Positions 45,959 through 58,937 of a stretch of 64,000 bases of DNA are shown here, in pieces. Both the position numbers and the translations under genes were made by a program. Under the pieces are notes generated by a model, which had not been told where the DNA came from, did no database searches, and was given only the letters and a program-made list of their open reading frames with translations. The stretch comes from Octopus vulgaris (taxonomy: Eukaryota), in contig OX597827.1 of assembly GCA_951406725.2 (NCBI GenBank), positions 33,542,001-33,606,000 on the forward strand, given 5' to 3'. Numbering within the stretch: position 1 is the stretch's first letter; the number at the start of each line of letters is the position of its first letter.

Positions 45959-46100
45959 AACCACCATCTCTACCGTGACTGAAATTACGACCACCACAAC
46001 TATCACCACTACCATTACTGCTATCACTCTTATGGCCACCACCACCACCACCACTGCAACTATCACCCCTACAGTTACCACTTCCACTACAACACTGCTG
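45715..46100. repeat. (CTA/CAC/CAA)n low-complexity tract
   Basis: Direct inspection. Confidence 0.85.
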
Positions 46101-48367
46101 CTGTATCATTGGTGTAGACATGCTGCTGTTTGTTTTTAATAAAATGCTATGTAGTCAATCAATATTGTCAGATGCTCTATATTAAAATCAACATTCTTCA
46201 TATTAAATCAATATTGTAACATACAATGTTATATATTAAATCAATATCTGTGTGGTGAATGGTGTTACACGTAGTGGAGGTAAGCTTTCAGGGAACCAAG
46301 TCTGCGACCTGGTTTTCATTCCTCGTACAAGATGTCGCACTTCATTTCATCCATGTCCCTGTTTCTCTTGAGAAAGTCATGAATACCACAACCTCATATT
46401 TCCCATCTTCAAGTTTTATATTTTATAAGCAATCTTTATATATTATGTCAAATTAATGGAATTGTACTTGCGAAAGGCATGAATACCTTAACTTCACATA
46501 TCCCATGTTCTTAATGAATCTGAGGTTTTATATTTTTTAAGCAATTTTTAGTTATTAAGTCAAACTAACACAGTTGCATTTGGGAAAGGCATGAATATCT
46601 CAAACTCTCATTTCCTTTTGTCTAAAATGTAAGACTCTATACTTAGTTCAAAAGAACCCAACACTATTGTGGAGTGTTATGTAGTGTGGAGAGGGTTAAA
46701 ACTGCAAAATTTTGGAATAAATTCATTTACCAAAGTTTGATTCATCTCGCTTGGCAGGGTCACCCTTTATTTTTCATGTCATTGTAGTTAATAAGTACCA
46801 GTACTTGAGTTGTTTCCTAGATTCTTACAAAATTGGCATTTGTAACTAATCAAAGAAATCGATATTGTGAATTGGTATGTTATCATAATCAATAAATTTG
46901 GCAAATCCTATAAAAATGTGAAACACCAAACATCATATTTCAAAGCAGAATCTCTCTCTCTCTCTCTTTCTTTCTCCCCTCCCCCCATCCTTCCTGCCGC
47001 TGCTGCCATCAATGATTATGTCTTACATTGAAACAGTCATGGCTTTGTATGGAAGAGGTAGAGCTGATTGAATCAATATCAATATCTGATTGATAAATTA
47101 TTTTAGCAACCCTAAAAAGAATGAAAGTAAATACAATTCTGTTAAGACATGAACTCAGAATATAGAGGAGTAAATGGGACTAAATGTTAGAAATTTACTT
47201 CAACATGAAAACAAATATATTTAATAATTGGCACAGACATGGTTGCATGGTTAAGAAGTTCACTTCACAAACACAGGGTTTTGCATTCAATTTCACTGCA
47301 CAATGCCTTGAGTGAGTGTCTTTTACCATAGCTTCAGGTCAACTAAAACTTTGTGAGTGAAATCTGATAGATGGAAATTTTGCAGAAGTCCACTGGAGAC
47401 TATTTTAGTTTTGGGGTTTAACATCACCACTGTGTTCTTGGGTGTCTTTAGTTGAGTTCCACTCTGTTGCAACTATTTATGCTAAGTCTGATCTGAAGAT
47501 AATTTAATTTCACAGTCTTGGGTTCTCAAAAGGTTCATGGTCACTGTCCTCTGCCCTTTGTCTGAGTCATTAAAATAAAAATAAATTAAGGAACTTCAGT
47601 TTTAACCATCTCCCACAGCTGTTTCCCCAGAGTTTTAAGGAACAATACCTCACAATATAGATGGAATAATAATCATTTGAAACATTAATCTTTTACTTCT
47701 TCCAGTCATAGGTTTATTTAGCATTGATGAAGGGCTATCCAATATTTTACAACAACAATTAAAAGGTAAAGACCTCCTTCAGTCAACTATGGGATTGCAC
47801 CTAGAAAGTTACCCTCTGAGATACAAGTCTTGGGCAAATTTGTTTATAGAAGACCAGCAGTCATCCATGCATACCAACCTCCTGTCTCTACGCCAATAAT
47901 GTTATCCTTGGGAATGGCAAAGGCCTATACAACTTGGCGTCAGTGATATTGCAACTCATTTCTACAGCTGAGTGAAACAAAGTGTCTTGCTCAAGAACAC
48001 AACACACAGCCTGGTCCAGGAAATTACTACATTTCATTTTAGTTAGCAAGAGAACTTCTCTGTTATCAACCTAATCTTCCTCTAATATCTTCTTATCATA
48101 TTTAAACTGGAAAGTAGATTCACCAGGACTTACATTTCAGTTCAGAATGCTGATACTAATGATTGGCTAGTTATAACAATTCAAAATTTCTTAGTTGCTG
48201 GTTGTCACATCCCTATGCCATAAGTCTACCCAAACATGGTTGTCCATAGGTACACAACAACAAAAGAACATTTCCTTAATTTCCCTTAATCTCAATTAAT
48301 TATCATTAACATTTTCTGTGTTAAAGAGAAACTTAACTCATTGTTTCCTTCTTTGTTGTTCTTTCAG

Positions 48368-48573
48368 ACTGCTGCTTCCACTTTCGATACAGTGAACATG
48401 TTCCAAGAAGCCACACTTAACAGACACCCTGCAATCTGTTGACAACTTTGGTCTCTCTATCCAGTACCACTCACATATGGAATGTTCCAACAGTCCTCCA
48501 CGAAGATGGCGATATTTACATTGAATACAATTCTTACATATCCTGTGCAGTGCCAGACCCCATATTTTGACAC
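48368..48573 (+). other. Candidate 5' UTR exon of the zinc-finger gene
   Basis: Strong polypyrimidine acceptor ctttcag|; weak donor cac|gtaaaa; contains short uORFs. Confidence 0.35.
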
Positions 48574-48702
48574 GTAAAACTGCAAACTTCAAAGGATATT
48601 TTGTTGCTAGTTTTTTTAAAAGTTTTTTTTTTTTTTTTACTGTTGTTAATGTTGTTGTACTTGAATGAACGAATGGTTTAAACTGCAGGCAATTCTGTCA
48701 CC

Positions 48703-49311
48703 ATGTCTTCTGAATCAATATATGTAGTGCAGCCTGCACTTGAGACTTTACCTAATGCAAATGACCAAAATGCATCAAATGTTACTGAAGATCCTATTGA
48801 GTATAAACCTTTGGATTTGCTTGAACACCTCAACCAAACAACAAATGCGTTGGCTCTATCAACATCGCTGGCCACAAACACGAACACTTTGGCCACTATA
48901 ACTTCCACAATGCCCACAGCAATGATTAACATGGGCTTGCTGAACAGTCGGCGCGAGAAGCCTTTCAAGTGTGAGGTGTGTCGCAAAGGATTTACATTGC
49001 GTGCGTACCTGAAACGACATCAGCAAATTCCTGAGGTGGAAAAACACTTCAGCTGCGCTTATTGCCATAAGGTCTTCCCACAGAGAGACCGGCTGAAGAA
49101 TCACGAGCGGACCCATTTGGGTGTTCGCCCTTACAATTGTGCCTTCTGCAGCAAAAGCTTCTCCCGTAAAGACCACTTGAAAAACCACCAACGCTGCCAT
49201 ACTGGCGAGAAACCTTTCAAATGTGGAATTTGCCAAAGAGCTTTCTCCCAACGAGACAGACTACGGAATCATTCTCGTACTCACACAGGTGAGAGACCAT
49301 TCCAATGCCAA
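48703..49311 (+). CDS. C2H2 zinc-finger protein, first coding exon (203 codons; four fingers plus the start of a fifth)
   Basis: Acceptor ctgcag| at 48688, gtcaccATG, CxxC-x12-HxxxH fingers with TGEKP/TGERP linkers, phase-0 donor CAA|gtaagt after FQCQ. Confidence 0.93.
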
Positions 49312-49434
49312 GTAAGTAAACTCTTTGTTGCTATAAGATTGTAATTCTACAAAAGTTTTAGATTGGTTCAATTAAAATACATCAAAACTTTATTATATAT
49401 ATATATAAAAATCCAAAATCAAAATCGAAATCGA

Positions 49435-49783
49435 TCAACATCAATGGAAGTTGCAACTGTGATACCAGTGCCGGTGGTACATAAGAGAACCATCCAAACG
49501 TGGCCGTTGCCAGTGCCGCCCCGACTGGCCTCGTGCCGGTGGCACGTAAAAAGCACCATCCGATCGTGGCCGTTTGCCAGCCTCGTCTAGCACCTGTGCC
49601 AGTGATACGTAAAAAGCACCCACTACACTCACGGAGTGGTTGGCGTTAGGAAGGGCATCCAGCAGTAGAAACATTGCCAGATCAGACTGGGCCTGATGCA
49701 GCCATCCGGCTTCCCAGACCCCAGTTGAACCGTCCAACCCATGCTAGCATGGAAAGCGGACGCTAAACGATGATGATGATGAT
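49435..49783 (+). mobile_element. Repeat family B in the zinc-finger intron
   Basis: GGCACGTAAAAAGCACC subrepeats and (TGA)n tail. Confidence 0.85.
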
Positions 49784-50483
49784 ATATATATATATATATA
49801 TGGCCACAGCTCATGAGCTGAAACTAGAATCAATCAATCATATATATACATACACACACACATACTTACAGTAATATTCCATCACCCACTCACTAAGCAA
49901 TAGTCACCTAAGGTTTCGTAACAATGTATTCTGACCATGGTGAAATCAATTTAGTGCCTTTCAAATGTTAAAAGTTCCCTGTTGAGATTTGAGCTAAGGC
50001 CTATATTATTACTAAGACAGTATCAGTATAGGCTCCCAAGCAAATTAGTGCACTAGACCCTATAGTATTTACTTATTGATTGCAAGCCACAGGAATACAT
50101 AGACCAACAAGAATTAGGCCCCAAGTCCATTGAGTCCTCCAGGCCACTGGCCAGTGTGCCCTTGCCTGAAGGTGGTACTGTTAAGGTCTCATTATTTCTC
50201 AAGTAACATGGATCATGATGCTCTGTATTTCATGATGATCAGAAACGTTGACTTAGGTACATAGTTTTAGTGTAGTCAGTATTTGATGAGTCATGTTTCA
50301 AATATTTATTTATATTCAAACAAATGTTGTTCTTGTTTGTTTGTTTGGCCTAATTGACTCAACATTGCTTATTATTACATGCTTGCAACATCAACACTCC
50401 TCTTATTTTTAGATTTTCTGTTTAATTTCCTCTTTTGTTTTCCATTTGTTGTCGTTTCCTTTTTTACTTTTAATCTCCTCCAG

Positions 50484-50529
50484 GGGTCATGTTAGTAGTA
50501 GTGGCATGTGTATAAAAGGCAAAAGGGAG
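50484..50529 (+). other. Candidate 46-nt poison cassette exon
   Basis: Long polypyrimidine tract, ctccag|GGG TCA TGT TAG TAG TAG ... GAG|gtgagt. Confidence 0.45.
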
Positions 50530-52028
50530 GTGAGTGTCAGATACACAGAATATTGACCAAGATGTGGTACCCAACAGCAGTTTCTACTTTCAGTAATCTC
50601 GCAACTGTCAGACTTTCTCTTTACATGAAGGAATATACACACACACACATACATATGCATATAGATACATTTATACACACTCAAACACATACATATATAC
50701 ACACACAAACATATACACACATATTGTTGATTAAACTTTTAGTCATCAGTGAATGAAAGGCAGCAGCAATCCTCACTTTTCACAGAGATTTCAAGACTAG
50801 GGTAGTGAAACGATAACAAAATATTAAATATCAAAATATATCAACATATCAACATATCATCAAGACTGCAGAACTGGTCTGAGTGCTTACAATGGAGAGG
50901 GTACTGCACTAAAGGTACCCTGGTACACTAGAATCAGGTAGAAATGATAGACTGGGTAACAGATGTATGTATTCCACTCATTATGTCAAGAAATTAATGA
51001 CTTGATGGAGCTGATAATATATCATTTTAGCACATTATTTCCACCCCTTTACTCTCTATTTCACAATCTCTCATTGCCCAATGTAAACCCACTTCCCTCA
51101 ATATTACTCCTCCTCAGTAGAGTGGGTCTTGCAAATTACTTGGTGACCTCATTGCTGCTGGTGCCAAGTAAAACGCATCCAGTACACTATATAAGTGGTT
51201 AGCATTAGGAATGGTGTCCAGCCATAGAAACTATGCCAAAGAAGACATTAAAGCTTGTTGCAGTCCTCCGGCTTGCCAGTGTTCCTGTTGAACCAGCCAA
51301 CCCATGCCAACATGGAAAATGGATGTTAAACAGCACTTAGCTCTGAAAAAACCATTTAACTATTAAGACTTATCAATGAATCATTGAATGACTAAATGCT
51401 GTAGGTGCATTGCTTATTTTACAATAATGGTACCTGTACCACTAACAAAACTACTTCCTTTTGTACATCTCATCGGTATGGCTGTATAGTAAGAAGTTTG
51501 CTTCCCAGCCACATGGTTCCTCACTTCATGGCATCTTGGGCAAGTGTTTTCTGCTGTAGTCTCAGGTTCACAAAAGTTTGTGAATGGATATGGTAGATGG
51601 AAACTGAAAGAAGCCTTCGCGTAAGTGTAGGCGTGTGTGTTATCATCAGCATCATATAATGTCTGCTTTCCATGCTGACATTGCATGGGTTGGATGGTTT
51701 AACAAGCTGACCAGCTGAAGGGTTATTCAGTCTCCAATATTTGTTTTGGCATGGTTTCTATGGCTGGATGCTCTTCCTAACACCAACTGTGTGTGTGCGT
51801 GTGTGTTACTGTCGCCTTACCTTGGCTTTGTGCGATAGTTGATCACCATCATACAAGTAGTGTCCTTCATTTCCAATCTTCTGTGAAGACTTTTCTTGTC
51901 ATAGAGGAATGTTACCATATGCAGAAACAGGCAAAGTGTGGCAACAAGAGGTAGAAAATCTGTCTCAAACAAATTTCATTTGACTCATGCAAGCATGCAT
52001 TAAAACAATGATGATGATGATGACCTAA

Positions 52029-52510
52029 TCATCATCATCATCGTTTAACATCCGCTTTCCACGCTAGCATGGGTTGGACGACTTTTTACTGAGGGGTGGC
52101 AAGCCAGATGGCTGCACCAGGCTCCAATCTTGATCTGGCAGAGTTTCTACAGCTTGATGCCCTTCCTAACGCCAACCACTCCGAGAGTGTAGTGGGTGCT
52201 TTTTACGTGCCACCGGCACAGGGGCTAGTCAGGCGTCACTGGCAACAACCTCGCTCAAATCTTTTTACACATGCCACCGGCACAGGTGCCAGTGAAGCGA
52301 CGTTGGTAACTATCACGCTTGAATGGTGCCCTTTGACGTGCCACAGGTACGGAAGCCAGTTGGCTGCTCTGGCAACGATCACGCTTGGATGGTGCTCTTG
52401 GCACCCTACTAGCACAGGCATAAGTGCCAGTAAGGCGACGCTGGTAACGATCATACTCGAATAGCCGCTCTGTCAACGATCACACTCGTATGGTGCTCTT
52501 TGCACCCTGC
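52029..52510 (-). mobile_element. Repeat family B, inverted relative to 49435-49783
   Basis: Reverse complement aligns over about 190 bp plus subrepeats. Confidence 0.85.
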
Positions 52511-52718
52511 TAGCATGAATGCCTAATGATTGACAAAATAACTCTCATCATGCACACTGTTTTATATGACAAATATCTGACAAATACCAATAGGTGGATT
52601 GCCATTATAATGTTAATGAACTTATCCAATAGAATTACAAATTTACTATGTTCTTCAATTCTTTCAATAAGTTGCATAAATTGGTTTTGGCAAATTCCTG
52701 CAGTTCTTTTATATACTA

Positions 52719-53113
52719 CTAGCAGTATCGCCCGGCGTTGCTCGGGTTTGTAAGGGAAATAATTATATAAGCATTTTTAGAGATGTAAAGTATAATAGCC
52801 ATCTCAATATGGCTAACCACAAAGGGGGAGGGGTGTTACTGTAGCTTTTTACGTTCTGAGATTTAATAATAAATTTTAGAGAGTTACTTCCCTTATATAT
52901 GTCAAAAATGGATTAAAAATGGGAAAAATTGATGTTAAATTTTTTTTTAAATCGTAGACTCATCGTAGACGCGCGCTAATACCCAGACGGTCTCGATATG
53001 AATCACGACTATAAGATACCCGGTTTTGGTTAAACTGCACCGCAAAATGTGGGAGTAGTTAGGAATCTAAATCGTAGGAGACAGACACACAACCTCACTT
53101 TTATATATAAAGA
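52719..53113 (-). mobile_element. Non-autonomous Helitron (395 bp)
   Basis: A|TCTTTATATATAAAA ... CCCGAGCAACGCCGGG hairpin ... ATACTGCTAG|T. Confidence 0.88.
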
Positions 53114-53361
53114 TTTCCTCTATTTACATAATATTGAGGTCTCTTTCTTTCTTTTGTTATCTTACTGTTTTTACCAATATACATACATATATATATATAT
53201 ATAAATATATATATAGTTACAGAGATGTACTTGCATAGCAAGTGACTTGATCTGAGATCGTGTGCTGGAACGAAAACAGTTGCAGCGTTGAAGGTGTTTA
53301 TAAGCCATTTAAAAAACACACAAAAACCGTTAGATTCACTTCAACCTGTTAGCACGATATT

Positions 53362-53412
53362 TTTGTCAGTGAACAGGTCGCGGCCTCAAAGCGACGAAAA
53401 TATTTTGGCAAA
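53362..53412 (+). ncRNA. Hammerhead variant with G3-C8 core, inside a PLE-like inverted repeat (53280-53345 / 53425-53490)
   Basis: 7-bp stem I TTTGTCA/TGGCAAA; GTGAACA; stem II GTCGC/GCGAC; GAAA; palindromic AATATT; UH=TT. Confidence 0.7.
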
Positions 53413-53853
53413 TTAAATTTAAATGTTGAAGTGAATGTAACGGTTTTTGTGTGTTTCTTAAATGGCTTACAAACACCTTCCACGCTGCAATATATATATA
53501 CACATATATATATATGTATGTATGTATGTATGTGTGTATATTTGTATGCATGTATGTGTGTGTGTGTGCGTGTCTGTGCTTGTGATTGTCCTCCACCACT
53601 GCTTGACAACGAATGTTGGTTTGTTTACATCCCTGTCACCTAGTGGTTTGACAAAGGAAACAGATAGAATAAGTACAATGCTTACAAAAATAAAAGTGGA
53701 GTTGATTCATTAAACTACAATTCTTCAAGGCATTGCCCCAGCACTGCCACAGACCAATGGCTGGAAAAAGCAGAAGAATAAAAGAATACATTCTCTGCTT
53801 TGGTCTTATGTTCAAGGCATGAGAAAGCTTGAGTTTACATGAGAAGGCCTAAC

Positions 53854-54227
53854 AGACCTGGTAGAAACAGCAGCCAAATCTCCCTCAAATCACACCTTAC
53901 TGTCTTATGTATGTATATATATATGAGCCAATGAGGGGGACCTCTACATGGTAGCTAGACCTGGTAGAAATAGCAGCCAAATTTCCCCCAAATCACACCT
54001 TACTGTCTTATCTATGTATATATGTATGTATGAGCCTATGAGGGAGACCCCTACATGGCAGCTAGAGCTGGTAGAAATAGCAGCCAAATTTCCCCCAAAT
54101 CACACCTTACTGTCTTATCTATGTATATATGTATGTATGAGCCTATGAGGGAGACCCCTACATGGCAGCTAGACATGGTAGAAATAGCAGCCAAATCTCC
54201 CTCAAATCACACCTTACTGTCTTATCT
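53854..54227 (+). repeat. Minisatellite, about 107-bp unit x 3.5
   Basis: Units start at 53854, 53957, 54064, 54171. Confidence 0.92.
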
Positions 54228-57200
54228 TTCTGCTACTTGGATATAGGTGTTATATTCGTCGTAAAAAACTTTCCTGTCACACACTCACGCACACACACAC
54301 ACACACACACACGCGCACACCCACACACACCCACTCACACACACGCACGTTAGCTTACAATTTTATTTATATATTTGCGTGTCTATGTGTTGAAAGAGGA
54401 AGTGGGAGGCAGAGTGAAAGAATCACTCACTACAGTAAGTCAATTACTTTCATTTTATTCGTTGCCCACTGTGTGTGTGCGTTTGCGTGTGGTGTAAACC
54501 AGACTAAGAAAAGCATTTGACACACACACCAGAATGTGAGTTTTCTGTAAATTTTGCTTAATTGGAGTTTAAATTTTAAAAACTGGACCTGGCATGACGC
54601 GATGCATTGTACTCTTAAAAATGGTAGGTAAATTGTAATTGAAGAAATCCTATATTGTAGATTTCTATAACTCCCAAAGGGAGGCAGATAAAATCTGCCT
54701 TTTATAATAAGAGATATCATTTGACTGGAATTTTTCTTATTTCAGCTGTATTTGTTTTTCCATGAATAATTTCTGTGATTCTACCTGCTGCAGGCAAGGC
54801 ATGTTTTTTGCCAATTGTGTATAATTTCTTAGCTGTGGAATTTAAGTATGAGGTTTTAAATTATACTCTTAAGTGAAGATTTTTGTGACCTTCACAGGTT
54901 TTCTGTGATTGATATGGTTGATGTAGTTAATGTTAACTTTGAACTCCCACAGCAAAAACATGGGCAAGGAGTTCCGAGGGTTGTTGTTTTAGGAAGAAGG
55001 ACTTGGTGTAGAGATTAATAGAGGATTTAACAACAACAGGAGGATAAACATGTGAGTTGGGAAGACCTGAGTGGTGTTGGCACAAGACCAATTAGCTCCA
55101 AGAAGTAGAGGCCACTGTAGCTGGAGCAAAAAAAAAAGGTAGAGTGAAAGAGTCACAGCTCATTTGAGAGTGTTGGTGAGCAACCATATGTAAATCAGTC
55201 AGGTAGCCTTTGTGGGGGTGTGGTGGAGTGTAGGCTATATCAGCAACAGCACTGTCCCAGATGTAGAAGTAATTTCTTCCAGGAATTTGCTACAGCTGTT
55301 GTTGATTGTGAGGAGTATTCAACCAACATCCTTATCGAGCAGTAACCATAGCAACTGTTTATCTTTCTACCATCAGGAAGTAATTTGAGGCTCACTTGGA
55401 CCATATTAGCAAACTCAGAGAGAGTCTTCCTTCAAGAACAATCACTCATTTTGAACTCTACTTTGTACCATCATTAGTGTGTGTGTGTGTAGTGGACAAA
55501 TGCTTTATATATTTCATCAACATAATTATGTTTTTATAATTTATGGTATCAGGTGGTGTCGTGTGTGGTGGGAGAAGATATGTGAGGCTCTTGGACTAAA
55601 TGTCTTATGTTTACTTTATTCTTTTCACTTTCTGAGATCAAATGCCACTGAGGTCATCTTAGCCTCCACCCTACTCTTGAGTCAATAAACTAAACACCAG
55701 ACATGTGCAGTCATTGATTCAACTGTCAATAATCTGTCTGTAAATTTGTGGCTTTTTGCCAATCTAAGAAATTATTATTGTTGTTGTTGTTGTTCTTTGT
55801 GTCTGTAGCAAGAGGACATGTGTTCATGGTCATAAGTTTTCTTTAAAAATTTGTTGTTTTATTAGCGGGTATTCCAAGTTTTGTTGGACTAAATAACCCT
55901 GCTCACTGCAAGCAGAGCCAGCTAGTGTGGCAAGAATTCACCTTCTAAGGATGAATTATAAGTTTAATATTTTGAAGCAAAAATATCAATATGGCTTCCC
56001 AAATTGAGGGAACCAATGGCTGTTGGAATAGCTGCTATGGCATTGCTTTTCCTCCACTATTCAATGTAATCAAAAGACAAAGTACAGACAGCAGCAGCAA
56101 CAACAAGCATGCAAAAGTGATGAGTAGGATATATATTTAAAATGATGCAAGCACAACTTCCATCATTGTCCCCAACACCACTGCTACTACTGCCACCACC
56201 ACCACCACAAACATTAATTGATAAATCAACAACCGCAGCTTTTCTTTTTTTTGAAGCAGATTGGGAATGGTTTTGCACAAGCTTGCTGGGAAATGGAAAA
56301 AGTTGAGTCAACACAAAAATGTTGAGCAACACTAAGTTGCACTTAACAAAGAATGGCAGAGCAGTTTCTCTTAATGCACTAGAGGAAGTGCGACAAGACA
56401 CTGAGAAAAAACACAATAAATAAATAAATATCATTAAAGATGAGGAGACTGGAGCAAGCAATGCAGGTCTAGATTTTAAAAATTCCTGAGACTGGTCTGG
56501 AGTTTAGAAACTTATGTCGCCCATAGGAAATGCTTTGGCACAGTTGTTTCTTGTAGGTGAGTATGTATGGAGGAGCTTTGCAAAGAGGGGTAAGCAAACA
56601 ATCATGTTTGATTAAATTAGGTGGTTTTAAACCTTTTTAAATTTGCCAACAGTAATACAAAGAAAGAATTATATGGATACAAACTCAGTTTATTAGTGAA
56701 CAGGGAAGGGGACAGGAGTTTCACAAATAGGGTCAGTCACCAATACTTGGCAGCTGTTCTCATGGTAGCCAGTTTCAGTCCCATTTTCTGTGACTGGATT
56801 GTTTGTTCAGTAGTTTGAGTGTATAGTTACCAATTGGAACCATTCAGTTTCATGCGCTTGGTCCATCAAAAGTGTCCCCTCTCATCTTCTGTATGTACTG
56901 GTTATAGAGTCACTACTGTGGAAATTGGAGACATCGAGTGGAATCCCACACAAACAGATTTCTTAAACTGATATCTTCCAGTTTAAGAACTCCTGAACTA
57001 AGTTGTTTACAATTACATGTTCTGCAAAAAAAAAAAAAAGAACGCAATACATACCAATATGTATAGGCATGATTGTATGATGAAAAAGTTCACTTTGCTA
57101 CCATGTTGCTTTGGTGCAGACTCACTGCATGGCACTTGGGTCAAGTGTCTTCTACCATAGCCCTAGCCAACTAGTGTCTTGTGAGTGAATTTCATACAGA

Positions 57201-58937
57201 GAAACCTTACAAAGCCTGTGTGTGTAAACATCAAAAAATAAATCCATAAAACTCTAATGTTGCAGTAAATCCAAATCGGACCAACCTGCATGTACATACG
57301 TAATTGGCTAAAACAATCTTTAAGAGCAATGTAACAGAAAAGCATAAATTTCACATATAGTTCATTCTATAATTGTGCTCAACCCCTGTTTCATTAGGTA
57401 AGGTAAACATTAAGATAAACATGTGTATAATTACATAATTGTGAAAAGTAATTAATTTGAATTAATTATGTACCACAGATATGTAATTATATTCAATGAT
57501 GTCTGTTAATGAAACATCTGTTACGAAATATGAACTGTATGGGAAATTTATCTCGTGCGTGTGTGTACAGGTATACTCTTTTACTCTCTTTTACTCTTTT
57601 ACTTGTTTCAGTCATTTGACTGTGGCCATGCTGAAGCACCGCCTTTAGTCGAGCAAATCGACCCTAGGACTTATTCTTTGTAAGCCCAGTACTTATTTTA
57701 TCAGTCTCTTTTTGCCGAACCGCTAATATGTGCTTATGTAAATGATTATGTTATTTCTCAAAGGAAAACTGTTGAAGTTGATGTTTTCATGTCAAGGAAT
57801 TATCCAGTAGCTCAGCACTTTCAAACAGACAAGAGAAATGAAAAATCCCTCACTTGTAAAAACTGATGAGGGTTATTGTCAAGAAGAACACCGTCCTGTA
57901 AAAACGATGTCTTAGTAAATGTATTATCATATCCCATGCTAGTATAGGAAGACAGACATAAAATGAACTAACAAACGAATATATGAATGGATTTGAAATC
58001 AGCAACTTTGAACTGCTAGTCTTTACAATTATATCTAATTGATCATTTCATGTTAGAGTGTAATGTAGCATTTTTCTTGTTTTAACTGCTCTCAGCCATC
58101 TACACTCTCAAGATTCTGTGATTTCTTTGGACAAGTTTTCTCACATATTAGATGTTTGGTGTTGGTTGCTTGCCTCCCTCTCTGCGTATAAATATCTTTA
58201 CTTGTTTCAGTCATTAGAATGTGGCCATGCTGGGGCACTACCTTGAAGGATTTTTAGTCAAATGAATTGACCACAGTACTTATTTTTTTAAAGCCTAGTA
58301 TTTATTTTATTGGTCTCTTTTGCCAGACTGCCAAGTTATGAGGACACAGACACACCAATACCAATTATCAAGCAATGGTAAGGGACAAAGATGGACAACA
58401 AAGACACATGCATATAAACATATATACGTTTGTTCATTAATTACATTACATATGATGGGCCTCCTTAGTTCCCATCCACCAAATCCACTCAAAAGGCTTT
58501 GGTCAGCCCAAGGCTATATTGTTTAAAGACATTACACTTACCCAAGGTGCCAGGCAGTGGGGCTGAACCCAGATCCATATTGTTAGGAAGAAAACTTCTT
58601 GCCACACTGCTATGCTTATTCACTTTTCATGCTAGCATGGTTTAGATGGGTTGTCAAAGTCTGAGTCAGTTCTTATTCAGAGTTGCTGCGATTTCTAAAC
58701 TTGTCACTGTCCTGCACATGTGGCATTTTGGAATGGTTTCTACAGCTAGATCTTCCAACTAACCACTTATCAGGGTGTAATGTGTGCATTTTATTGTGGC
58801 ATCAACACGAGAGGAATTGTTGTGTCTGCAGTATGGCATAAGGATTCTCTAGACCCTGTATTCTCTTGGTTCACTAGTGAAATGATTTACAGTAAGTTTA
58901 CATACATACCACATAAGTACATATACACACACACACA

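Noticed and set aside
49312-49344. ORF tail VSKLFVAIRL
   Set aside because: Follows a consensus gtaagt donor in mid-finger; most likely intron
53854-54227. CRISPR-like array
   Set aside because: Eukaryotic context and no unique spacers; plain tandem repeat
55980-56560. Coding-like purine-rich stretch as the next zinc-finger exon
   Set aside because: Stops in the plausible frame and no C2H2 motif; possibly a decayed transposon or pseudogene that I cannot assign
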